The position numbers and the translations under genes were made by a program. From the NCBI GenBank assembly GCA_030141605.1, contig JAQGDQ010001642.1:1-31244 (forward strand): a stretch of 31,244 nt of DNA. The letters are read 5' to 3'. This stretch comes from Tubiluchus corallicola (Eukaryota > Animalia > Priapulida). Position 1 is the first letter of the stretch. Each line of letters begins with the position of its first letter. The notes below the pieces were generated by a model that had not been told where the DNA came from, did not search any database, and saw only the letters and a list, made by a program, of their open reading frames with translations. Of this stretch, positions 14,489-24,400 are shown piece by piece.

Positions 14489-14715
14489 CAACTGGGCTCC
14501 GTAACTGCCTGTGGTGTGTTATACAAAGCTTGCTTTACATGCATATGAACGGCTACGCATTTTGATAGAAAATATTTTTTTTTAAAATATGGCGCTTAAA
14601 ATGCTGCGCCTCCCGCTGTAGCCTAATTAGCCTATTGGCTAATATGCCCCCTGGTAGTGGAAAACGTTGCATAATTATTGATTTTTGCTTAATGGAAATA
14701 TTCTCTCATTTTCAG

Positions 14716-15168
14716 GCGGATTTTGTACAGTTATTCGTAAAATGCCGCTGCTATACCATTGGCTGTGACGTCACTTTGAAGCGCTTTTATTGGAGGAGAC
14801 CCAGTTCGCCTGTATATAACCACTGTCCAATGAACAACATGAAAGGCAAGCAGAAACTCTTGGTAGAGGACCGTCCCGTCCGTCTGAAGCCCAGGAGAAG
14901 CGACGAAGAGTGTTTACATCCGGTAGTGAGCGAGAAGAGAAAGGGAGTCAACTTGGCTTCAGAGAAACAGCCCGGAAACGGGACAAGCAGCGATCCGTCG
15001 GGGAAAACGGGGAAGACGCAGGAGACGGCACCGCGCACGGGATCAACTTCATGCGGCACGAATAAAATGAACAATTCCGTCTGTCCCGTGATTTATACAG
15101 GATTTCCTGATACGAATCAACAAGATCAGAAAATTCCAGACAAGGATAAATTTTCTGTTGATTTTTAG
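14716..15168 (+). CDS. Class A neuropeptide GPCR, terminal exon (helix 8 and cytoplasmic tail)
   Basis: Acceptor ttctctcattttcag, phase 0. Continues ...NFR|ADFVQLFVKCRCY (palmitoylation-type Cys pair), then a Ser/Thr-rich tail ending FSVDF*. Confidence 0.85.
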   Translation, partial: ADFVQLFVKCRCYTIGCDVTLKRFYWRRPSSPVYNHCPMNNMKGKQKLLVEDRPVRLKPRRSDEECLHPVVSEKRKGVNLASEKQPGNGTSSDPSGKTGKTQETAPRTGSTSCGTNKMNNSVCPVIYTGFPDTNQQDQKIPDKDKFSVDF

Positions 15169-16190
15169 TCAAGAAAAATTGCCACGTGAGGGCGACATCT
15201 AACGTTTTAAAAAGACAAATATAAATAATACTAAATATTTTTCTTAATATTCAAAAATATTATGAGATTCCATGAATTACGACTTCAAAAATTCCATGAA
15301 ATTGATCAGTAGGACATTAACACTTTGCCGCCTACGAAAATCGTACGCAGTTGCTGTGAATCTTTTAATATCTTATACGTTGGGCGTATCCATGTTTTTC
15401 AAGTATGGGAGGGTTGTTTCGACACCTTTCAATTTGCTAAATATTGTGAAATGCCCCCCAACAAACGTTGGGCGTATTACCTCCTTGCTGTACATTTTGT
15501 ATACGTTTTTATTTAGAAGAAGCATATATATGTATTTATGTATGTATGTATGTATGTATATAAATAATTATATACGCATTACCATGATACACGCTTTGCG
15601 TTGACTACAAAGATCTATGAAGGACAAAGACTTGATAAATGTCCTCAAATTAAACTGGCAAGCAAATAGATACATAGAGACGTTACATCTGCTTCTCATA
15701 AAAGACTAGAGAAAAACGTGACGATTGTTTAGACTCAATCTCATTTTAATTTACTGACCAAAATGTACATTTTCTTGCCTATAAAAGTTAACAATTGTTT
15801 CCAGTATTTGAATAATCACCTTGGGAAGTTAATAAACGGCAACCGAACACAGCTATCGCTTACGTCACAAACTAACCACAATGGTAGGCATCCTTTTCGA
15901 AACGAAGATTGCTGTAAGAGGCTGATATGATGTCACGAAAATGAATTCTACGTCACACTGACATCACAGACGAACACGGCAGTTCATGATCACGCTTATC
16001 ACGGTACCGCGCCTACTTGTCGTGACGGCCATACGAACGTGACAAAAATGGTGCAATTGGCAGTCTCAGTGGATTCTCTGAGCAGCGCGTAGCTTTTAAG
16101 GTTTTACGTAATTTTTATTTAATCTAAGCGTTGATTTCAAAAAAGCTATTCTAGTTACTTTTAGAGCATTCTTTATTTTGATCTAATGTC

Positions 16191-16690
<500 letters not shown>

Positions 16691-17130
16691 GGTCTGTTAT
16701 TAAGTTAATCTGTCAGCCAGAGAGTCATAATTATGTTCAGCTTTCATTAGTTAAAAAGCAGCTCTTCAAGGACTCATTTTGCTACCATGATCATAAAATC
16801 AGTCTTTTTAATGTTTGTTTAAACAACTAAGCGACCCATTACAAAGTCTCATAGTACGCCACCTGGCAGGAAATACTTGCACGATGCTGACAAACTCTAT
16901 CAAGTTCTGTCACTTTGTCAGGAAACATTTGTAAAACCGTTAAAAACACACAATCAACAGAAATGAGCGAATTCAGAATACATTTGCAGTGTGTGTTTGT
17001 TGTCTGTTTGCTTCATTGAAATACGCTGAGTGAGCCAACAGCATTCTATTTTGTTAACAATTAAGAATCAATGAGATATTTAAAGCAGTTATTGACTTAG
17101 TTCGTCTATACAAGTAAAGCACAATGGCTT

Positions 17131-17556
17131 CATCGTCATCATCATCATCATCATCATCATCCAATGAGTCACAAGTCCAGGGACATGATTCTGCTCACCT
17201 CCCTATGCCAGGACTCCCTACATGCCGCAATGCCCCAAGTGGATTTATTTCTAAGGATCAATGCTGAAGTGTTTAAATCTTTCTGTGCAAAATCTAAATA
17301 TGTTAACATTTGTCCGCCTGCAGGTTTTTTAGCTGGTTCTATGGCTTGTTGAAGAGCTATCTTCACTGGAATATCATCAGGTAGTCTAAGCATATGTCCA
17401 ATCCATCTTAAACGGCGTCTTTTTATTTTTCTTGTCCAAGGTTCTTCTTTTATTTTTTCATATAGATCTTTGTTTGAAATTTTCTTTGGCCATCTAATAC
17501 CCAAAATGTTTTTGTAATTTCGCCTTTGAAACGCATCGATTTCAGCTTTATGATTT
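17131..17556 (-). mobile_element. 5'-truncated RTE-clade LINE, copy 1
   Basis: Minus-strand ILGIRWPKKISN...RRLRWIGHMLRLP...W...RESW is the typical RTE ORF C-terminus; (GAT)n 3' tail; long flanking duplication. Confidence 0.88.
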
Positions 17557-18421
17557 AAATATATGTTACTGACTTAAATACATGTTATAAAGCAGTTATT
17601 TAGTTCGTCTATAGAATTAAAGCACAATGGCTTCCAATGTGCAAAATGGAACAAAGTTTCCCAGTTTTTCTTTATCTATGCTAAACTTTAGCTAAATGTT
17701 ACGTCATAAAACAATAGTCATTCGAAATTTGCTAAGAGAAAATTCGCACAACGTCTTACGATAAAAAAAGCGACTTTTCAGTTTTTCTAGATTTGCAAAA
17801 CATTGTTGGTTTAACTAATTCGCATTTTCGTGTTTATGGTGTTCTGTAGAACCTGTTGTCTTAGTCACGTTTTAACGAACAAGCAAAAGAAGAAGGCGAG
17901 CAAGTTTGCTACATTTTGAAATAGTCTAAAATTATCATTTATAAACTTAATATAAATGAATTTATTATATTGCTTGCAGCTGTACTAAATGCTAAAAATT
18001 TTTGTGTTTCCAGATCACAATTGATTATACAATACACGTACCTTGGATCAATTTTAAATGAACTACAAAACTTACAGATACCATGTAAAGCAATAGTGAG
18101 TCATATAGGTCATCCCTGTGAAGCTACAAGGTTTGATACTTCTATGAAGCAAAACCCGCTTAATGGAAGAGACGTGTGATTATGAAATTGCAGTGCCAAG
18201 AGTTTAAGAATTTCAGTAAACTGTTGATTTCATTGAGTAACTATGGATAGACCTCAAACAAACAGATGTAGACGGAATTGGGTAAAGTGTCTAACAGTAG
18301 TAACGTCACCTTTCAAAATTTCTACAGCAGTGTGCAGATATCACGTAGAGTTTTCGTACAGAATAATGTAAAACCATCAAACAGATGCCAATACTCTTAC
18401 TGGTCTTCAAAACTTTTCCAA

Positions 18422-21400
18422 ATGGTTTTTTTGTATTCTGTGAGCCCAAACATATACTTGTTGACTTTGAACAAGTTAATAATTTGGCTGTCACTCGCTT
18501 TAGCTATAATGGGAGACGAAGAAATAACTTCAGCTTCAAACCAATCGGGAAGCATGAGCGAATGTACCACACCTGAGCGTGCTGTGTCTCGCGAGTTCAT
18601 GTGGATGTTTTCCAGCGAAACAAGACAGAGGCACAAACTTTATGAAAGGGATCTGGTTTACAGGCTGGATCTGGATTGCTTAATTCCGCCCATACATCTA
18701 GAATGCCTTTACAACACGCTTTTCCACCCCACAGTGAGTGGTCGGTGGCCAAGACCTATTGTAATACGAATGTCTTACAGTGAGTATTCGACTACACAAG
18801 CAGCAATGCCAACAACAGGACAGTCAGCACCAACAGTGTCGCCTTCTGGTAAGCAGACAACACGAGCAAAATCCTCAGCAAGTGGACAAACAACACGAGC
18901 ACCATCTTCAACAAGTGGACAAACAGCACAACGGCCAGCAACATCAGGTGGACAAACAACACAACGGCCAGCAACATCAGATAGACAAACAACACTAGCA
19001 CCAGCATTAACAGGTGGACTAACAGCACAACGGCCAGCAACATCAGATGGACAAACAACACTAGCACCAGCATTAACAGGTGGACAAACAGTACAACGGC
19101 CAGCAACATCAGGTGGACAAACAACACAACGGCCAGCAACATCAGGTGGACAAACAACACTAACACCAGCATTGACAGGTGGACAAACAACACAACGGCC
19201 AGCAACATCAGGTGGACAAACAACACTAGCACCAGCATTAACAGGTGGACAAACAACACAACGGCCAGCAACATCAGGTGGACAAACAACACTAGCACCA
19301 GCATTAACAGGTGGACAAACAGCCCAACCGCCAGCACCAACGGATGGACACATACTGCTGCTACCATTTATCCGCAAAGACGAGGTAGTAGTTCGAGTGC
19401 GTCGACAAGCAAAAGACAGAGAGTGCGAGTTAACGTGTGAACACTTATGCACTGACAAGAGTAAGGAAAGACGTAGAGGTAAGAACAAAGGTAGATCAAG
19501 GGGCGGAGCAAGAAGCAGGCATAGAGATAGGAGTAAGGATGGGAGTAACACTAAGGTTAGAATCAGAGGTAGGAACAGAGGCCGAGCAAGGGGTAAGGAT
19601 AGAAGTAGTAAAATAAATAAGCATAGAAGTAGGGGTAAGACAAGAGAAAGGAACAGGAGCGGGAAGAGAGGAAAAACTATTGACCAGAAACACTTAAATT
19701 GCAAAAAAAGGTGTGTCAAAAAATGTGAGCTATCAGCCTGTAAAAGAAGTAAATTTATAGCGTGCAAAACTTCTTGTGTGAATGAGAATGCGTGCACAGG
19801 CAGTAGTGATATAAACTGTAAAAGAAAGTGTTCACCTTACTGCAGAAAGGGTAGTAAATGTCTATGCTCTTGTGAGAAGAAGTGCACGGGGAGTGATGAG
19901 CAGTCTACCTGTAAAGAAAATTGTAAAACAAATTGTGGTTTCTCAACACAAGAAACTATATCTGCTACAAAGACCAAATCAAATGGACCGACATCTGCTC
20001 CACAATCAGGTGTGGCAATAAATGTTATAACAACAACATCAACTACTACACCAAGAATCTCAACAATAATAATAAGCTCATCAAAGTCAAACTTTGGACA
20101 ACGGAAAGGAAAGTATGCAAAAGAGCGAGGGTGTGAGCCTATGTGTGAACAGTTGTGTAGGGAGAGAGGTAAAAGCAGGGGTCGAGCTGGGGGCAAGGGA
20201 AGGGGTAGGTATAGAAATAGAGTTAAAGAAGGAGTAAGAGGGGACAAGAACAGGCTTTGGAGTAGAAGAAAGGTTAAGCACAGGAAGAACTGTGTGAAAA
20301 GATGTGTTACAAAATGTGAGCTAAAGGGATGTAAAAGACGAAAATATACTGCGTGTAATCCTTCTTGTCTGAATGCATGCACAGACAGGAATGATATAAG
20401 CTGTAAAAGAGAGTGTTCAAGACACTGTAAGAAGGAAAGTGATTGTCAATGCACTTGCGAGGTAAAATGTACGGGTGATGAGCAGTTTACCTGTAAAGAA
20501 AATTGCAAAACAGATTGTGCTTTCTCAACACAAGAAACTATATCGACTACAATGCCAGCAACCGATACCAAATCAAATGGACCAACATCTACTACACCAT
20601 CAGGTGTGGCAGCAACTGCTGCACCCAGAATTTCATCAATAACAAACTCAGCAAAGTCAAAATTTGCACAGCAGGCAAAAATCTCGACAGAAGAACGAGA
20701 GTGTGAGTTCACGTGTGAACATTTATGCAGTGATAGAGGTAAAAACAGGAGTCGATCAAGAGGCAAAGGAAGGAGTAGGTACAGAAGTAGGGGAAGGGGA
20801 GGAATGAGAAATGGCAGGAACAGACATGGCAGTAGAAAAAAAATGAAGGACAGGAAAAACTTAAATTGTGTGAAAAGTTGTGTTACAAAATGTGAGCTGT
20901 TAGGATGTAAAAGACGAACATTTAGAACATGTAGTCCTTCTTGCCTAAAAGTTTGTAACGACAAAAACGAAAGAAATTGTAAAAGGAAGTGTTTAAAAAA
21001 CTGTAAAAAAGATAGTGATTGTCAGTGTGCATGCCAGATGAGATGCACGGTTGACAATCAGTCTAGCTGTAGAGAAAATTGTAAGTCAAACTGCATGTCA
21101 GCAACAGAAAAGTCTATACCAACTACTTCACCAGCAATAAAGACCATATCAGCATGGACAAATGTTCCTTCTTTCACTTCTGTAGTTGCGAATATAAAAA
21201 GACAAGAACCATCAAGTGCCACAGCATACAGTGTTGAGCTTGAGCAATCAACAAAAATAACAACAACAACAACAGCAACAGCAACAGCAGCACCAACAAC
21301 AACAAAAACAACGATGGCGACGACGACGACCACGACCACGACAATGACGACGACGACAACAACAACAACAACAACAACAACAATAGCAGGAGCAGCAACA

Positions 21401-24400
21401 GCAACAACGCTTAAAATTACTTCAAAAAAAGGCGTGATTCCTAGTTCACTCTCGAAGACTATTGCAGGGACAGTCGCTGAATGCCCAACAATGTTCTACA
21501 AGATCTGGGTGTTTTCCTGGAAGATCAGAACAGATTTCTTTGTCTGCGAACGACAGCTTGTTAACAAACTACAGCTTCCCTGCCTCAAAAGATCGCCCAT
21601 AACCATCGACTGTGTATATGCAGATATTTTTAGGCCTTCACTGAGAGGTTACTTGCCAAAACCTAATATTACATTCATGACTGCAGAGAAAAATAGCCCG
21701 TGTGAGGCGTGGTCAGGGCACGAAGAAAAAGATGTCGGTACAAAATTAATATTTGATCCCTGGCTGACCGTTCCCACTTCGACAACTGGCATGGCTGTAA
21801 CATCATCGACAATACAAGGACCCATGTCTGCTCAGAACAAAACAGACAAACAAACGAAAACCCAGACAACTGAGGTTAGGACAACTGCCCCTGAAATAAC
21901 GAAAACCGACAACTCGGTTGGTACATCGTCAGATTCTGCGCAGCAGACAGAAAATGTGGCACAACCAATCAGACCTCTGTCTACCTTGACGACTACAATG
22001 GCAACAATGGTAAAAACAACAACAGCCGCAACGACGTCGACAGTGACAAAGACGACGGCGATGACAACAACAACAACAACGCTCAAAGTTTCAATGATCA
22101 TCAGCCCAACAACGTCAACATCTGTTCAAACTCCAATGTCACCGTCAATTGTTTCAAAATCAATTGATTTTATATCTACTTCAACAGCAATACTAACAAC
22201 AATAATGCCAAGAATTACAACAATGGCAAGCTCAACAATACCAACGTCTACACAACAGACAAAATATAAAATAATGCCATCAATTTCTTCACTACCATCG
22301 CATACATCAACAGTAAGTAATGAAGGAGAATTTACATCCTTTAAAACTAAGTGGGTGTTCTCACTTGTAAATCTACCAGGCTATCAAGTCTTTGAAAGGG
22401 AAATTGCAAACCAAATGCCCATTGTTTGCATGCAGCCTCCTGTGATAATTGAATGTATTTATGCTAAGATTTTTCATCCTAGAATGAGTGGTATATTGCC
22501 CAAGCCAATACTTGTACGAATGTGGTACGCGGAGTACTACACCACAGGTTTCGGGGTAAAGACTAACACTCAACCTACTTTCAGTGACAAAGTGCCTAAG
22601 TCAGTTGCGCAGGAAACTTCTGAATCGAGTGCTACGACAAGGGCGATCACAGCAACAGTGGCGTCTGCTAAAGAGGATCGCTTAACATCTAACTTACAAG
22701 CGAGTTTATCTGCGTTCACAAACAATACGAAGGCACAAGAAGATTATGAAGAAGAAAAAGAAAAAAATTATGTGGAAAAAAAGGAAGATGAATATTATGA
22801 AGGAGAAGGAGAATTTAAAGAAATGGCAGAAAAAGAAGAAAAATATGAAGAAGAAGGATATTATAAAGAATCAAAAGAAGATTACGAAGCAGAAAAAGCA
22901 GAAGCAGGAGATAACAAAGAAGAAATGAAAGAGGACTTTATACAAGACGCTCACAGCCATCCAATCTCTCGTTTTCAGACTGCTGAACTTACCGCCTCAC
23001 CAATAACTATCACGGTAACAGCAAAGGCTAAACATAAACCTACAACGGTTAAGCTAGAGTCTGCAACAACAATAAGTGTGGCGCCAACGTCATCAAATCA
23101 ATGGAAACAAAAATCTACTGTTACGACCAGCACAATGAAAACAAATAGCAGAAGTACTGCACTTGTTAAATCTCTAGCTAAGACAACGACATCAAGCGGC
23201 AAAAAGGTAAAGCCCTTGTTGGAGCACCAAGGGAAACTAAGCCAACCGGTTAATAAGTTTAAACCAACAAGTCCAGTATTTACACCAACATTTAGTGCAG
23301 TCACTGCAACAAGCAAACTCAAACCTGCAACTGCCACTGGAAAAACACGATTAGTATCTGTTAATCACCAAAACATATCCAACACCTTGGAATCAACTAC
23401 GTCTAAGCTCTCACCATTAACAAGAACAATTAGAATTACTAACAAGTCAACTACACAGTCTAAACCATTGACAACAACTAGCAGTACCACTACAGCACCA
23501 ATTGAACAAAAAGAACAACAATCTATTAAACTTACACCCTCATCGACAATCAGCATAATAGAAACAGGTGCAAAACCAACGGTATATCTCAAATCCAAAT
23601 CTACAGCAATTAGTAGCAAAGTGCCAGCAGAGCTGTTGCAAGAAAAACAACCAGACGTCACGATACCTAGACATAAATTGCCAGCAAGTAAAAACACACT
23701 CCTGCCTACATTCAATGCAAGAAAAACTGCAAGTTTCAAACCCAGACATACCTCAACTAACACAGCAGCAACAGCGCCACCACACCAGACGACATATCAC
23801 AAATCACAAGCAACTAAATTTCTCTTAACATCAATCGCTAATCCGGAGGCAACGTTTAGAGTCAGACCTGCCTTGACAACCATCAAAACATCAACATCAA
23901 TTGAAAATGAAGAAAAGGAAGCAAATCAGAAAGAGGCAATCAAAAAAGAAAAAGAAGAAACGAAGTTCCAGAAAGAAAAAGGAGAAAAATATTACGAAGA
24001 CGTGGACTATGGCAAAGAAACAGAAGAAAAAGGAGAATATTATGAAGAATACTATGACGAAGAAGGCAAAGAAAACGAAGAGGATTATGAAAGAGGTGAA
24101 AAAGACGGAAAAGTTAATGAAACAATTAAAAAAGAAAAGGTAACACTACCAGTATATAACTTTTGGACAAAAGAAACTCTATTTGCATCAAAAATCAGTG
24201 GAACCACTAGGATAAATAAACATAAGCCTGCAGCAATCACTAAAAAAGAACTGCATGCGTCGACATATCTGAATCACCAATACTTGAAAAATACACTGAA
24301 AACAGATTTCACTGTGGCAACAATGACCTCACGAACAAGCAAAACACAACAGTTAGCATCTACATCTGCAGCATCAAGCAGCCGAATGCCAACGGACTTG

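Larger units (their letters stand above)
13488..14653. mobile_element. hAT-type non-autonomous element carrying a nested insertion
   Basis: Imperfect TIRs CAGGGGCGTAT ... ATATGCCCCCTG; 8-bp flanks gcagtgga (13480-13487) and gtagtgga (14654-14661) match 7/8, consistent with a hAT TSD. Confidence 0.65.

Noticed and set aside
18278-18421. ORF-track start of the 2750-aa protein
   Set aside because: The start is TTG, not a normal eukaryotic initiator. ATG 18422 precedes the signal-like segment similar to gene 2's N-terminus.
19450-20860. Protamine or RGG nucleic-acid-binding protein interpretation of the Arg/Gly tracts
   Set aside because: The tracts are embedded in a signal-peptide-bearing, Cys-rich, mucin-like ORF, so an extracellular role is more parsimonious.
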